A stretch of 64,000 nucleotides of DNA from an uncultured Collinsella sp. (GCA_900762015.1 CAAFEX010000038.1:6578-70577); one strand, 5' to 3'. Shown: positions 19,701 to 29,511, numbered from the stretch's first letter. Program-made: numbers and translations. Notes: generated by a model from the sequence alone, not told the origin.

Positions 19701-20298
19701 GGGCGATCTCCTTATTGATGTCGCGGGCACGAGTCAGGTGCTCGTCCATCGACTTAATCTTTTTGAGCGCACGCTCCTTGCGGCGCTTGTGCTTGGAGAT
19801 GCCAGCGGCCTCCTCGATAAGGGCGCGGCGCTCCTCGGGGCGGCTCTGCAAGATGGCGTCGAGTTTGCCCTGGCTGATGATGGAATGTGTATCCTTGCCC
19901 AGGCCCGAATCGTGCAGGATGTCCTGAATGTCCATCAGGCGGCACGGACTCGAGTTGATGAGGTACTCGCTTTCGCCCGAGCGATACATGCGACGGGTGA
20001 TGGCGACCTCGTCAAAATCGACGGGCAGCATATGGTCCGAGTTATCGAGCACCAGCGTGACCTCGGCAACACCCACCGGCTTGCGCGCCGACGAGCCCGA
20101 GAAGATGACATCCTCCATGGCCTGGCCGCGCAGCTGCTTGGCGCTCTGCTCGCCCAGGACCCACAGAATCGAGTCGGAGATGTTCGATTTTCCCGAGCCG
20201 TTTGGACCGACGATGACGGTCAGGCCCGGCTCAAACGTCATATGGGCGCGGTCGGCAAACGACTTGAACCCTTTGAGCGTGAGGGACTTGAGATACAC
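16762..20298 (-). CDS. smc: Chromosome segregation protein SMC
   Basis: GFKSF, GPNGSGKSN, long coiled coils, hinge, MSGGEK signature and LDEVEAALD. Confidence 0.98.
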   Translation of the reverse strand: MYLKSLTLKGFKSFADRAHMTFEPGLTVIVGPNGSGKSNISDSILWVLGEQSAKQLRGQAMEDVIFSGSSARKPVGVAEVTLVLDNSDHMLPVDFDEVAITRRMYRSGESEYLINSSPCRLMDIQDILHDSGLGKDTHSIISQGKLDAILQSRPEERRALIEEAAGISKHKRRKERALKKIKSMDEHLTRARDINKEIARQLRPLERQVDRARKYKELSSRANELTQMLAVDELRSLQSQWNDLESRSKEGAAELELAQYRLGEKERELEKLQVMLEEKGLFVGDLGEQRRHMQDVVGRINSDMRLLEEKGHNMVSRLSDMRGQISSSEHQRRRVVEELEDARAQLEEVTGAHMQAQEDVDAAGPAAAELHERRVALDNQISQLTREQRDVQRVADNAALELAKVKDSLSNAEVEDNMYASRLEQIDEQLEEVAASLESRRDRAEELESALEESRQAQVDAREATEAARAALKDLRARESEARNRLSEVRSELASQKKLDARMADSSPLVSRLVGALGDDVLGRLGDVLEAPRELEGLVEQLLAGDIDALLFDDTSSLERAGRAALDQKKASGEALLVARGVSGSAAAEGAAGTRLVDRLSVRAGYGPVVEALLGGYYVVDDLAAALAAPVVDGATYVTPDGARVSCGGLVRVGLDAGEASGALERKRRIRELEGLEPDLAAVFEHVSDQVVEANAAVEEARAAEGDAAGEIARLEGERRSLLSEIGRLEQSANNAEVERVRISKRREQASEAVRAARPRVDELTRSRDEARAQASDLGLQIAEANDELDRVRRDDSEAAGKLADAKVRLAQTSERLRSLKGRVPDLEHRLEGIDRRIRGTRQASRSLELLRLRVDPMHERYSALLERASDWAARLRDQASLEEADSASLKKTIEDAKAEVARAKERVDTASATQNEFKVARGKLEVQVEAAIKAITADGTTVLEEALMLPAPTDRDAAERELNQLVRQINNLGPVNQVAMEEYEQLKRRADYIEEQLADLESARKALTKITVAIDRKMRKAFLVTFEKVDANFREIFAMLFPGGQAHLEMTDPEHPAETGIEVVAQPRGKRITKMMLMSGGEKSLTALALLFAVYRTRTVPFYVLDEVEAALDDANLSKLIGALDVLRSDTQLLVISHQRRTMEDADVLYGVSMQADGVSRVVSQKLDRETGKVVNA

Positions 20299-20308
20299 GG
20301 TTCCTCGC

Positions 20309-21034
20309 TTAAACAGGCTTCTTGTTAAGAATCACGCCGTTGGTGGTGTAGCCCATGCGGTCGAGCGCCTCGAGTGCAGCGGCTCCCTCGGCCTCCTTCT
20401 TGGAGGAACCAGTGCCGCGGCCTTGACGAATACCGTCGATGAGCACCACGGCGGTAAAGGTGGGCGCATGCGCGGGGCCCTCGGAGCCAACCAGCTTGTA
20501 CGCGGGAGGCTCGTGGCCGTCCGCCTGCACGCACTCCTGCAAGAACGACTTGGGGTTCGCGGGGTGCTCGGCACGCTCGGAAGCCAAGTGCGGCTTAAGC
20601 GTACGGTGGATAAAGTCCGCCGCAACGTCCCAGCCGGCATCCAGATACAGCGCACCCACGAGCGACTCGTAGACGTTCTCGAGCGCCGAGTGCAGGCCGC
20701 GCGCGCCGGTACCGGTCTCGGAGGCGCCAAAGATGATGATGTCGTCGATACCCAGCTCATGAGAAACCTCGGATAGCGTAGCGCCCGAGACAAGCGACAC
20801 CTTCAGGCGCGTGAGCTTGCCCTCGTCAAACTCCGGATAGGACTCAAACAGGGAGCGTGCGACCACAGCGCCCAAAATGGAATCGCCCAAGAACTCAAGG
20901 CGCTCATAGCTGGCAGAAACCGGCTGGCCCTCGACTGCCGAGGGATGCGTAAGGGCCGCGCGCAGCAGCACTTTATTATTGAACTCGTGGCCCAGAATTT
21001 CCTGGGCGCGCGTAAGTCGTTCAGACAAAGCCAA
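20309..21034 (-). CDS. rnc: Ribonuclease III
   Basis: ERLEFLGDS signature and C-terminal dsRBD. Confidence 0.97.
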   Translation of the reverse strand: MALSERLTRAQEILGHEFNNKVLLRAALTHPSAVEGQPVSASYERLEFLGDSILGAVVARSLFESYPEFDEGKLTRLKVSLVSGATLSEVSHELGIDDIIIFGASETGTGARGLHSALENVYESLVGALYLDAGWDVAADFIHRTLKPHLASERAEHPANPKSFLQECVQADGHEPPAYKLVGSEGPAHAPTFTAVVLIDGIRQGRGTGSSKKEAEGAAALEALDRMGYTTNGVILNKKPV

Positions 21035-21037
21035 GAC

Positions 21038-21280
21038 CTAGGCCTCCCTGGCGTTTTCGATAGCGTCGACGGCGTCGGCGACAGAGTTGAGCGAGAGCAG
21101 AGTCTCGTCATCGATCTCGAGGTTGAACTCGTCCTCGATGGCCGTAACCAGCTGCAGGCGCTCGAGCGAGTTGGCATCGAGGTCGTCAAAGGTGGTCTCA
21201 TCGCTAATTTCGGCAACATCGACGCCCAGAACGTCAGCAGCGACCTCGGCGATCTTGTCGAAGATTTCGGAGCGGTCCAT
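21038..21280 (-). CDS. acpP: Acyl carrier protein
   Basis: Acidic 80-aa protein with DLDANSLE phosphopantetheine-Ser motif; lies between plsX and rnc. Confidence 0.88.
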   Translation of the reverse strand: MDRSEIFDKIAEVAADVLGVDVAEISDETTFDDLDANSLERLQLVTAIEDEFNLEIDDETLLSLNSVADAVDAIENAREA

Positions 21281-21309
21281 AGCGCTTCCTCTCATAGTGC
21301 ATGAATACC

Positions 21310-21338
21310 AAAAGAATGGTACCGCCCGGGCGGTACCA
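21310..21338 (-). terminator. Perfect 22-bp palindrome plus U-tract between plsX and acpP
   Basis: TGGTACCGCCCGGGCGGTACCA followed by TTCTTTT on the minus strand. Confidence 0.55.
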
Positions 21339-21394
21339 AGACACGGTTCTGATTCTACCCCACGACGTGCGCCCCGAGGCGCATAACGCCGCTG

Positions 21395-22414
21395 TTATAA
21401 AACGATACCGTCCATGGAGTTGGCGACATTCTCGACCAGCCCGGCGCGCACGGCTTCGGCCGCTGCGAGCGTACCGTTTTTGACAGCCTCGACCGAGGTG
21501 GCGCCATGGCCGATCAGGACCACGCCGCGCAGGCCCAGAAGAATCGCGCCGCCCTTGGCGTCGCCAGAGAGCTTGGCCTTAATCTCGCGCATCTGCTTTT
21601 TAATGAGCAGCGCGGCGATCTTGGTGCCGAGCGATGACATAAAGACGCCCTTGAGTTCCTGCAGCAAAAACTTGGCAGCGCCCTCGGTGGCCTTGAGCGC
21701 AATATTGCCCGACATGCCATCGGCAACGACGACATCGAAGTTACCGGAGGTGATGTCCGTTCCCTCACAGTTACCAACAAAGCCGGGAACGGCGGCTTTC
21801 ATGGCCGGGAAGCAGGCCTTGGTAAAGTTGGAGCCCTTCTCGTCCTCGGTGCCGTTACCAAGCAGGCCCACGCGGGGATGCTCGATGCCCAGGACGACGC
21901 GGGCATAGGCGCTACCCATCTGGGCAAAACGCACCATGTCATCGACCTCGACATCGGGGTTGGCGCCCATATCGCACAGCACCGTCAGACCGCCGGCACG
22001 ATTGGGCAGCGCATTGGTGAGGCACGGACGCACCGGCTGCTTCTTACCTTCGGCCATATATCTAAACGGCGTCACGTAGGCAGTAGCCGCGGCGGTCATG
22101 GCGCCGGTGGAGCCGGCGGAGAAGAACGCGTCCGCATTTCCCTTCTTGATGGCGCGGCACGACAGCACGATCGAAGACTTGCGTTTGGTCATCACGGCGC
22201 GAATGGGATCGTCATCCATGGCGATAACGTCGGGTGCCTCAAGGGCCTCAACACGTGCGTGGGAAGCAGCAAAGGGATTGACGATTTCGGCGGGGCCAGC
22301 TGCCAAGACCTCGATATCGGGATCGGCAGCAAGTGCAGCCTCGATACCATCGAGAACAACCTGAGGTTTCTCGTCTCCGCCCACAACGTCTACACAAACG
22401 CGAACGTTACTCAT
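21395..22414 (-). CDS. plsX: Phosphate acyltransferase PlsX
   Basis: VDVVGGD, SAGSTGA, DMGAN, GTEDEKG and DG..GNIALK motifs. Confidence 0.93.
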   Translation of the reverse strand: MSNVRVCVDVVGGDEKPQVVLDGIEAALAADPDIEVLAAGPAEIVNPFAASHARVEALEAPDVIAMDDDPIRAVMTKRKSSIVLSCRAIKKGNADAFFSAGSTGAMTAAATAYVTPFRYMAEGKKQPVRPCLTNALPNRAGGLTVLCDMGANPDVEVDDMVRFAQMGSAYARVVLGIEHPRVGLLGNGTEDEKGSNFTKACFPAMKAAVPGFVGNCEGTDITSGNFDVVVADGMSGNIALKATEGAAKFLLQELKGVFMSSLGTKIAALLIKKQMREIKAKLSGDAKGGAILLGLRGVVLIGHGATSVEAVKNGTLAAAEAVRAGLVENVANSMDGIVL

Positions 22415-22431
22415 ATACATGCTCCTTATAC

Positions 22432-22461
22432 AAAAATGGCCGACTCATTGAGCCGGCCATT
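22432..22461 (-). terminator. Probable terminator after rpmF
   Basis: AATGGCCG/CGGCCATT stem plus TTTTT on the minus strand. Confidence 0.55.
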
Positions 22462-22501
22462 GTGGTTCCATTTGGAACGGCATCGCATCCAGAGTATAGC
22501 G

Positions 22502-22681
22502 TTACTCGGTAACGATAACCTCGCGGTCCTTGTAGAAACCGCAGCTGGGGCACACGTGGTGCGGGAGCTTGACAGCGCCGCAACGGGGGCACGTGGACTG
22601 AGCCGCAGCCGAGATCTTCATGTTGGCGGAACGACGGGTGTGAGTGCGGATACGACCCTGCTTTTGTTTAGGTACGGGCAT
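22502..22681 (-). CDS. rpmF: 50S ribosomal protein L32 (not in the ORF track)
   Basis: Manual translation MPVPKQKQGRIRTHTRRSANMKISAAAQSTCPRCGAVKLPHHVCPSCGFYKDREVIVTE; AAGGAAGG RBS; yceD-rpmF-plsX synteny. Confidence 0.97.
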   Translation of the reverse strand: MPVPKQKQGRIRTHTRRSANMKISAAAQSTCPRCGAVKLPHHVCPSCGFYKDREVIVTE

Positions 22682-22745
22682 AGTGACCTTCCTTATGAAC
22701 TATCCAGTGTGGCGATTACGCGCAAGTAGCGATACTACCACAGTT

Positions 22746-23300
22746 TTACTCGTCAAGCTTGAGATTCTTCAATGCTGCAAATGGATTTTCCGTGGCCTCG
22801 GCCCATTCGGCCTCGGCTTGGGCAGCACAATCGCATTGCTCGACGTTGAGATTGCAACCGCAAGTGGGGCAAAGGCCGCGGCAATCGGGCTTGCACAGGA
22901 CAACGAACGGCGTGTCCATGACGACCGCGTCGTTGATGGGCTCACCCAGATCGACGATGCGATCCTCACCCAGGAGCTCGTAGCCGTCTTCGTAGGCCTC
23001 GGGATCCTCGGGCTCCTCAAAGAGGTAGAACTCCTCGATCTCGCCGGCGATATCAAACGAGGCGGGCTCCAGGCAACGGTCGCACTCGCCGGTGGCGTGC
23101 GCGCGGACCATGCCCGTGAGCAAGACACCGGTACCGGCATTGGTAAAGACAACGTCGTAGTCGATGCCGTCCTGAAGCTGGTACTCCTTCTCGCCCACCG
23201 TGTAGGTGGCGACATCGACCTTACCGGTCAGCGGATACGAATCTCCAGGAAACTCGAGCTGCTCGGAAAGATCGACGGTAACGCTCGGGAACTCAGCCAT
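22746..23300 (-). CDS. yceD: YceD/DUF177 family protein
   Basis: CDRCL and LCKPDCRGLCPTCG motifs; upstream of rpmF. Confidence 0.92.
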   Translation of the reverse strand: MAEFPSVTVDLSEQLEFPGDSYPLTGKVDVATYTVGEKEYQLQDGIDYDVVFTNAGTGVLLTGMVRAHATGECDRCLEPASFDIAGEIEEFYLFEEPEDPEAYEDGYELLGEDRIVDLGEPINDAVVMDTPFVVLCKPDCRGLCPTCGCNLNVEQCDCAAQAEAEWAEATENPFAALKNLKLDE

Positions 23301-23797
23301 TACCACTGACCATTCTGTTGGGCGGCACCCTCGTTGAGCTGCTGACGGCAACGGGTAACGGTGCCGGTCAGGCTCTTGAGGTTCTCCTCCAGGTGCGTAA
23401 AGACCTGCTCGGCGTAGTCCTCGGCAGCATAACGCGTCTCGCGCTCGTACTGCTGGGCACGATCGCGGATGTCGTCGGCCTGCTGCTGCGCAAGGCGGAC
23501 GATCTCCTGCTCACCGGCAATGGTGAGGGCCTGCTGCTGAGCGTCGGCGATGATGGAATCGGCCTGAGCGGCGGCGGAAGCCATAAGCTCCTCGCGCTCC
23601 TTAAGGATACGGCGGGACTTCTGCCACTCCTCGGGATAGCTCATGCGGATCTCGTCGAGGATGTTGAAGAACACGTCGGCGTCAATGACCTTGAACTGAG
23701 CGTTCTTGCCGAAAGGCGGCTTGGCTTCCTCGATCAGCCCTTCGAGCTCATCGACCAAGCTGACGATCCTATCGCCAGGAAAATTCTCGCCCGGCAT
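23300..23797 (-). CDS. Conserved coiled-coil protein (DivIVA-like / ATP synthase b-like), typical between coaD and yceD
   Basis: LEGLIEEAK..P N-terminus and Ala/Gln-rich heptads; conserved position. Confidence 0.75.
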   Translation of the reverse strand: MPGENFPGDRIVSLVDELEGLIEEAKPPFGKNAQFKVIDADVFFNILDEIRMSYPEEWQKSRRILKEREELMASAAAQADSIIADAQQQALTIAGEQEIVRLAQQQADDIRDRAQQYERETRYAAEDYAEQVFTHLEENLKSLTGTVTRCRQQLNEGAAQQNGQW

Positions 23798-23865
23798 CCG
23801 GTCTCCTTTCATAGGTAACATATCATCGTGCTAGTTTACCACATGCCACCAGGCAATAAGAAACG

Positions 23866-24363
23866 TCACGCAAAGCGATGTTTGAGCGCTTCGACCACGT
23901 TGGAGGGGACAAACGTCGATACATCGCTGCCGAGCGAGGCGATCTGGCGAACGACCGAGCTCGAGATATAGCCGTACTGCGGCGCACTCATGACAAAGAT
24001 GGACTCCAGCTCGCTATCCAGGCGATAGTTAAGGTCGGCCTGCTGCAGCTCATACTCAAAGTCGGTCATGGCGCGCAGACCCTTGACCACGGCCCCCGCC
24101 CCCTGCTCACGAGCGAAGTCGACCAAGAGGCCGGTAAAGGGCAGGACCTCGACGCCGTCGATATCACCGAGCGCCTCGCGGGCCAGCGCCACGCGCTCAT
24201 CGAGCATAAACGTGGTGCCCACACCGTTTTTACCCTGCGACTCGGCAACAGCGACGATCACGCTGGGAAAGATGCGGCGGGCGCGGCGGATCACATCGAT
24301 ATGGCCAAACGTGATGGGATCGAAGGTGCCCGGGACGATCACGCGGTTGATGGTGTCATTCAT
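23866..24363 (-). CDS. coaD: Pantetheine-phosphate adenylyltransferase
   Basis: PGTFDPITFGHIDVI, KGLRAMTDFEYE, ISSSVVR. Confidence 0.97.
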   Translation of the reverse strand: MNDTINRVIVPGTFDPITFGHIDVIRRARRIFPSVIVAVAESQGKNGVGTTFMLDERVALAREALGDIDGVEVLPFTGLLVDFAREQGAGAVVKGLRAMTDFEYELQQADLNYRLDSELESIFVMSAPQYGYISSSVVRQIASLGSDVSTFVPSNVVEALKHRFA

Positions 24364-25012
24364 GGGCGTCCTCCTGAAACGTCGTGGCATCGTTGTTGTC
24401 GGCATCTGCGCCGACGCTGTCGCCCTCACCGTCGTCATCGCCGACCCAACGAAGCAGGTCGACCGAGGTAATGCCGTAGCGCTTCTCACGTACAGTCTCA
24501 AAGCCTACCGGATGCGCGCCCGCGTCGGCAGCGGCATGCTCAAACAGGGCATAGGCACCTGATGTCAGCAGGCCCTGCTGGGCAAGATTCTGCAGCAGTT
24601 CCTCGACCGGCTCGGCACCAAAAGCATAGGGCGGGTCGAGCAGGACCAGATCGAAGGGGCCGCCCGGCACACGACCGCGCGAGGCACTTGCCAGCATGTC
24701 GCCCGTCACCACACGCCAGCGCGTACGGTCACGGCAGAGCGACTCGATATTCTTGGTAATAAGACGTGCGGCATTCAGATCGATCTCAAACGTCGTGAGC
24801 GAGCGGGCGCCACGCGAAAGCATCTCGATACCCAAGGCGCCGGAGCCGCCAAACGCGTCCAGTACGCAGACCTCGTCCAAATCGAAATCGAATGCCGACA
24901 TGACCATAGATGCGCATGCCTCGCGCACGCGATCGGTCGTGGGGCGGGTGACATCGCGACCACGGGGCTCCTCGATCTTACGACCGCGCCATTCGCCGCC
25001 GATGATTCTCAT
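24356..25012 (-). CDS. rsmD: 16S rRNA m2G966 methyltransferase
   Basis: MRIIGG..RGR, RPTTDRVRE, LDAFGGSGALG, DPPY. Confidence 0.95.
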   Translation of the reverse strand: MRIIGGEWRGRKIEEPRGRDVTRPTTDRVREACASMVMSAFDFDLDEVCVLDAFGGSGALGIEMLSRGARSLTTFEIDLNAARLITKNIESLCRDRTRWRVVTGDMLASASRGRVPGGPFDLVLLDPPYAFGAEPVEELLQNLAQQGLLTSGAYALFEHAAADAGAHPVGFETVREKRYGITSVDLLRWVGDDDGEGDSVGADADNNDATTFQEDAHE

Positions 25013-27186
25013 CCTCCGCTGACCTCCTTAAAGATGTGTCGATACCGCGTGGCGACCGCATCGCGCAGAGGGCGCGTCGCCACGGAGTCAAGGTTGCAAG
25101 CATACCGCAAGAGTTCGACCGCGTCCAAATGGGCCCACTCGATTAGCTCCTCGTCGGCATCAAGGTCGACGAAGCGCAGGGTCACACCGCCATGCTGGCG
25201 GTACCCCAGGATTTCGCCCTCGTGGCGCAAACGCAGGTCCATCTGGGCAAGCGTAAAACCATCCGAAGTTTTTTCGAGCGACTGCAGACGGTCTTGCGCC
25301 GCCGATGCGCCGCCGTTGCCCTTGGAGTGCGTCATGACCAGGCACGTGCCCGACACACTGCCGCGGCCCACGCGACCGCGCAGCTGGTGCAGGGCAGCCA
25401 AACCAAAGCGCTCGCCGTTCTCGATGACCATGACGGTGGCGTTAGGCACGTCGACGCCCACCTCGACCACCGTAGTCGAGACGAGCACATCGATCTCGCC
25501 ACGTTTAAAGGCGTCGATCACGCGATCCTTCTCCCCCGCCGGCATGCGGCCGTGAAGGCGCTCGATGGCAAGACCCGGCAACGCCAGACGCAGGCGATCG
25601 AGCTCGGTTGCCGTATCGTGCAGCGGCACGGGGACCGTCACGCGGCCCTCGTCGTCGCGGGCGATACCAGGTACGTCTTCCAGCTCATCGGCCGAATCAC
25701 TCGGCTCCACAAGTGGGCAAATCACGTAGGCCTGCTGGCCCTTTGCATGCGCCTCGCGGATGGCGCCATAGGCGAGGTCGCGGCTCGACTCGGTGAGCAC
25801 GCGTGTCGTCACGCCAGCGCCAGGGACGGGCCGATGGCGGATGATACTCGTGTCCAGATCGCCGTAGACCGAAAGCGCCAGCGTACGCGGGATTGGCGTT
25901 GCCGTCATAACGAGCAGATCGGCACCGGGGCCCTTCGCGCGTAGGGTGTTACGTTGGCCGACGCCAAACCGGTGCTGCTCGTCGATGACGACAAGCGACA
26001 GATGCTTGAACGCAACGTCATCCGAAAGCACCGCATGGGTGCCAAAGAGCACGTCAAGCTCGCCCGATTCCAGCTGTGCATGGATGCGCTCGCGCTCTGC
26101 GGCCGGCGTGGCACCCGTCAGAAGCGCCCAGGACATGCCGGCCTGAGAGAGCAGAGGGCCGGTCTTATCGGCATATTGGCGCGCCAGCACGCCCGTGGGC
26201 GCCATAACACAGGCCTGCGTGCCGCTATCGGCAGCCACAGCCAGCGCGCAGGCGGCAACGGCGGTCTTACCGGTACCGACATCGCCCAGCAGCAGGCGGT
26301 TCATCACACGCCCGCCATCGCACATATCGCGCAGGATATCTTGGAACGCGACCTCCTGCTCGTCGCTCAGCGAAAACGGCAGGGCTTGCTTGAGTGCGGC
26401 CAGGTGCTCGCCCGCGGTGTGGGCATAGGGCACCACATCGACTAGGCCACCATCGTTGCGCAGGCGAAGCGCCAGCTGAAGGTAAAGGCACTCCTCATAA
26501 GCAAGGCGACGTCGCGCGATATCCCGCTCAGCCATACTCGATGGAAAGTGGATCGATCGAAGCGCGCGGGCATTGCTCATCAGGCGGCGCTTGACGCGCA
26601 AGCGTGCGGGAATCGGGTCGAAGGGATTGCCGACGACCTCGAGCGCGCCGCTTACGATGCGGCGCATCCACGCCTGGCTCACGCCGTCACTCACATAATG
26701 GACCGGCAAAATGGTACCCGCAGCACGCCCTTCCTCGAGCTTTTCAAAGTGCGGAGAGGCCATCTGCTTAAAACCGTAGGCAAACTCAACCTTGCCCATC
26801 ACGGCCAGGCGGTCGCCCTGCTTAAGCTGCTGGGCAATCCAGGGCTGGCGGAAAAAGGCGACCTGCAGCACGCCCGTCTCGTCAACGAGTGAGACCTCGG
26901 TCACCTGCATGCGCGGACGCGGCTGTTTTTGGACGATACGGTCGACCGTGGCGATGATGGTGCACACAGTACCGATGGGCGCCATCTCGATAGACCAAGA
27001 ACGGGTAAAGTCCAGGTATCGATGAGGGATATGGAGAAGGAGGTCCCCCACCGTCCGAATTCCCAGACGGCGAAGGGCCTCCTCACGTTTACCCGAAACA
27101 TATTTGAGTCGCGCGATATCCTCGTCGAGCGCATTGCTCTGGGCAAAGCGCTCCGAGACGCGCGGCACGGAGCACAGCTCGGACAT
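25009..27186 (-). CDS. recG: ATP-dependent DNA helicase RecG
   Basis: GDVGTGKT, DEQHRFG, MTATPIPR, HQLRGRVGR and N-terminal wedge domain. Confidence 0.97.
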   Translation of the reverse strand: MSELCSVPRVSERFAQSNALDEDIARLKYVSGKREEALRRLGIRTVGDLLLHIPHRYLDFTRSWSIEMAPIGTVCTIIATVDRIVQKQPRPRMQVTEVSLVDETGVLQVAFFRQPWIAQQLKQGDRLAVMGKVEFAYGFKQMASPHFEKLEEGRAAGTILPVHYVSDGVSQAWMRRIVSGALEVVGNPFDPIPARLRVKRRLMSNARALRSIHFPSSMAERDIARRRLAYEECLYLQLALRLRNDGGLVDVVPYAHTAGEHLAALKQALPFSLSDEQEVAFQDILRDMCDGGRVMNRLLLGDVGTGKTAVAACALAVAADSGTQACVMAPTGVLARQYADKTGPLLSQAGMSWALLTGATPAAERERIHAQLESGELDVLFGTHAVLSDDVAFKHLSLVVIDEQHRFGVGQRNTLRAKGPGADLLVMTATPIPRTLALSVYGDLDTSIIRHRPVPGAGVTTRVLTESSRDLAYGAIREAHAKGQQAYVICPLVEPSDSADELEDVPGIARDDEGRVTVPVPLHDTATELDRLRLALPGLAIERLHGRMPAGEKDRVIDAFKRGEIDVLVSTTVVEVGVDVPNATVMVIENGERFGLAALHQLRGRVGRGSVSGTCLVMTHSKGNGGASAAQDRLQSLEKTSDGFTLAQMDLRLRHEGEILGYRQHGGVTLRFVDLDADEELIEWAHLDAVELLRYACNLDSVATRPLRDAVATRYRHIFKEVSGG

Positions 27187-27195
27187 AGGCAGAGC

Positions 27196-28857
27196 CTACT
27201 CGATCGAGAAGATCACGGGATAGAGCGGCTGCTCGCCACGATGGGCGTCGATCTCCAAGTCGGGCTGAGCCTCCTCAATAGCATCGACGATCTCCTGGAA
27301 GGCCTCGTCGGACAGCTCCTCGCCGGCCAGAATCGTCAGCGCGTCGCCTTCCTCTTCCTCCTGCATGCGGTTGATGCAGTCGAGCGTGACCTGCTTCACG
27401 TCGGAACCGACCACGTCGATGGAGCCGGCGATGATGCCCATGACGTCACCGGAGTGAATCGGAGAGCCGTCCGAGGCGCTGGAGTCGCGCACGGCGCGGG
27501 TGACCTCGCCATCGCGGACCTCGCTGATGGCGTCAACCATGGCGGCAACGGCGTCCTCGAGCTCAGAATCGGGCAGGACGGCGAACAGCGCGGAGAACGC
27601 CTGCGGGACGGTCTTAGTGGGAACGACGGCGACCTTCTTGTCGGTGCAGGCAGAGGCTGCGGCCTCGGCAGCCATGCGGATGTTGCCGTTATTGGGCAGG
27701 ATGATGACCGAGGTCGCGTTGACCTGGTCGACGGCGCCCAACAGGTCGGCGGTCGAGGGGTTCATGGTCTGGCCACCCGAGACGATCACGTCAACGCCGA
27801 GGGACTTGAGGATGTCGGCCTCACCGGAACCGGCGGCAACGGCGACAAAGCCCAGGGCCTTCGCGGGCTCGGCGGCCTTCTCCTGATCCTCGTGAATCTT
27901 AGCGGTACGGTCGTGGGCCTCCATCTCCATGTTGTGGATAAAGACCTCATAGATCTGACCAAGCTGCAGCATGTGCTCGAGCACCAGGTTGGGGGTGTTG
28001 GAGTGCACGTGGATCTTGTAGTCGGGATAGGCACCCACGAGCAACTCGCAGTCGCCCATGGAGCCCAGGAACTTAAGGCACTCGTCCTCGTCAAACGGGG
28101 CATCGGCCTTAAAGAGGAACTCGTTGCAGTAGCGGAACTCCGAGCCCTCCCAGTCATCGTTGGCCTCGATCTCAACGCGACCGAGGGCCGCATCGCGGGC
28201 AGAGCCGGCAGAATCAAACGTGGCGGAGAAATCCTCGACAACGGTGCTACGGCCAAGTGCTGCGGCAACAAAGTTCTCCAGGAAGATGGCAAAGCCAAAG
28301 GCGCCGGAGTCGACAACGCCGTTCTCCTTCAGAACCGGCAGCAGGTCGGGCGTGCGGGCGACAGACTGGTAGGCCTCGACAACGATGGCATCGAGCGCGT
28401 CCTCGGCCGAGAACTTCTTCTTTTCGCACTCGTCGGCCTTGGTCGAGACATCGCGCAGTACCGTGAGGATCGTGCCCTCGATGGGCTTGCGGACGGCCTG
28501 GAAGGCGACCTTGACGGCACGACGGAACGCATAAGCGATGTTGGCGGAGGTGATGGGCTCATCGGCAGAGACGAGGCCCTCGGCCACGCCGCGCAGAATC
28601 TGCGACGTGATGACGCCGGAGTTACCGCGGGCGCCCATGAGGGAGCCGTGAGTGATGGCGCCGGCAATGGCCTCCATGTCGGCATCGGCGGGAAGGGCGG
28701 AGAGCTCCTTGGTCACCGAGGCGAGCGTGAGCGACATGTTGGTGCCGGTATCGCCGTCGGGTACGGGGAAGACGTTGAGCTTGTTGATCTCCTCGGCCTT
28801 GTCGGAAACGGCAGCCGCAGCGATCGGAAAACAGGTGCGAATGGTCTTTGCAATCAT
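27196..28857 (-). CDS. fakA: DAK2-domain fatty acid kinase subunit (FakA/YloV)
   Basis: NVFPVPDGDTGTNM, GARGNSGVI, HVH, TMNPS. Confidence 0.93.
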   Translation of the reverse strand: MIAKTIRTCFPIAAAAVSDKAEEINKLNVFPVPDGDTGTNMSLTLASVTKELSALPADADMEAIAGAITHGSLMGARGNSGVITSQILRGVAEGLVSADEPITSANIAYAFRRAVKVAFQAVRKPIEGTILTVLRDVSTKADECEKKKFSAEDALDAIVVEAYQSVARTPDLLPVLKENGVVDSGAFGFAIFLENFVAAALGRSTVVEDFSATFDSAGSARDAALGRVEIEANDDWEGSEFRYCNEFLFKADAPFDEDECLKFLGSMGDCELLVGAYPDYKIHVHSNTPNLVLEHMLQLGQIYEVFIHNMEMEAHDRTAKIHEDQEKAAEPAKALGFVAVAAGSGEADILKSLGVDVIVSGGQTMNPSTADLLGAVDQVNATSVIILPNNGNIRMAAEAAASACTDKKVAVVPTKTVPQAFSALFAVLPDSELEDAVAAMVDAISEVRDGEVTRAVRDSSASDGSPIHSGDVMGIIAGSIDVVGSDVKQVTLDCINRMQEEEEGDALTILAGEELSDEAFQEIVDAIEEAQPDLEIDAHRGEQPLYPVIFSIE

Positions 28858-28884
28858 GGGTATTTGAATCTCCGTTTTCGGATG

Positions 28885-29241
28885 CTAGTTCAGACGGCTC
28901 TTGAGCGCGTCGATATGGATGCCGATCTTAAGGCTGGCGGGATCGATCTGGGCGATCTCCTGCAAAGTGAAGGCAACGGAGCTCGAAAGATTGTGGCAGA
29001 CGGACTTCATGTTGACGCCGTTCTCGAGCACGACGTGAAGATCGACCGTAAGGCCGTCCTCGTCGGCGGAGACAAGCACGCCCTTGCGGAGGCGCTGACC
29101 GGCAAGCAGGCGCACGCTCTCGGCGCCCTGGAGCTGCTCGGCCATACCGACGACGCCATAGCACGTCATCGCGGCATAACCGGCAATATCGGCAATAACG
29201 TCGTTCGAGACGCTCAGGCTGCCGTTAATGGTCTCAGACAC
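28885..29241 (-). CDS. Asp23/Gls24 family protein (YloU)
   Basis: VIADIAGYAAMTCYGVVGMA..KGV; upstream of fakA; GTG start after AAGGAG. Confidence 0.9.
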   Translation of the reverse strand: MSETINGSLSVSNDVIADIAGYAAMTCYGVVGMAEQLQGAESVRLLAGQRLRKGVLVSADEDGLTVDLHVVLENGVNMKSVCHNLSSSVAFTLQEIAQIDPASLKIGIHIDALKSRLN

Positions 29242-29400
29242 AAGAATCTCCTTTTCTTGGTGCTCGCGGCACCATGTCGTGGGAGCAATCATTGCAATAT
29301 TCTACAACGACCGCGCCATGTTGAGGTGGCGGGCCTCGGGATTACATCCTCGACACGAAATGTTGATACGGTAACGTTCGCGCCAAGCGATCGCGACATG

Positions 29401-29427
29401 AAAAAACCCGCCGCATAAGCGACGGGT
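29401..29427 (-). terminator. Terminator after tRNA-Asn
   Basis: ACCCGTCGC/GCGGCGGGT stem plus T6 on the minus strand. Confidence 0.75.
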
Positions 29428-29436
29428 GTTACAACC

Positions 29437-29511
29437 TGGCTCCCCGGGTAGGACTCGAACCTACAACAGCGCGGTTAACAGCCGCGTGCTCTACCATTGA
29501 GCTACCGAGGA
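29437..29511 (-). tRNA. tRNA-Asn (GTT)
   Basis: TCCTCGGTAGCTCAATGGTAGAGCACGCGGCTGTTAACCGCGCTGTTGTAGGTTCGAGTCCTACCCGGGGAGCCA: cloverleaf, GTT anticodon, TTCGA T-loop, encoded CCA. Confidence 0.98.

Noticed and set aside
29290..29440. Possible integrative element at the tRNA-Asn 3' end
   Set aside because: No integrase or duplicated tRNA end seen; core genes flank both sides
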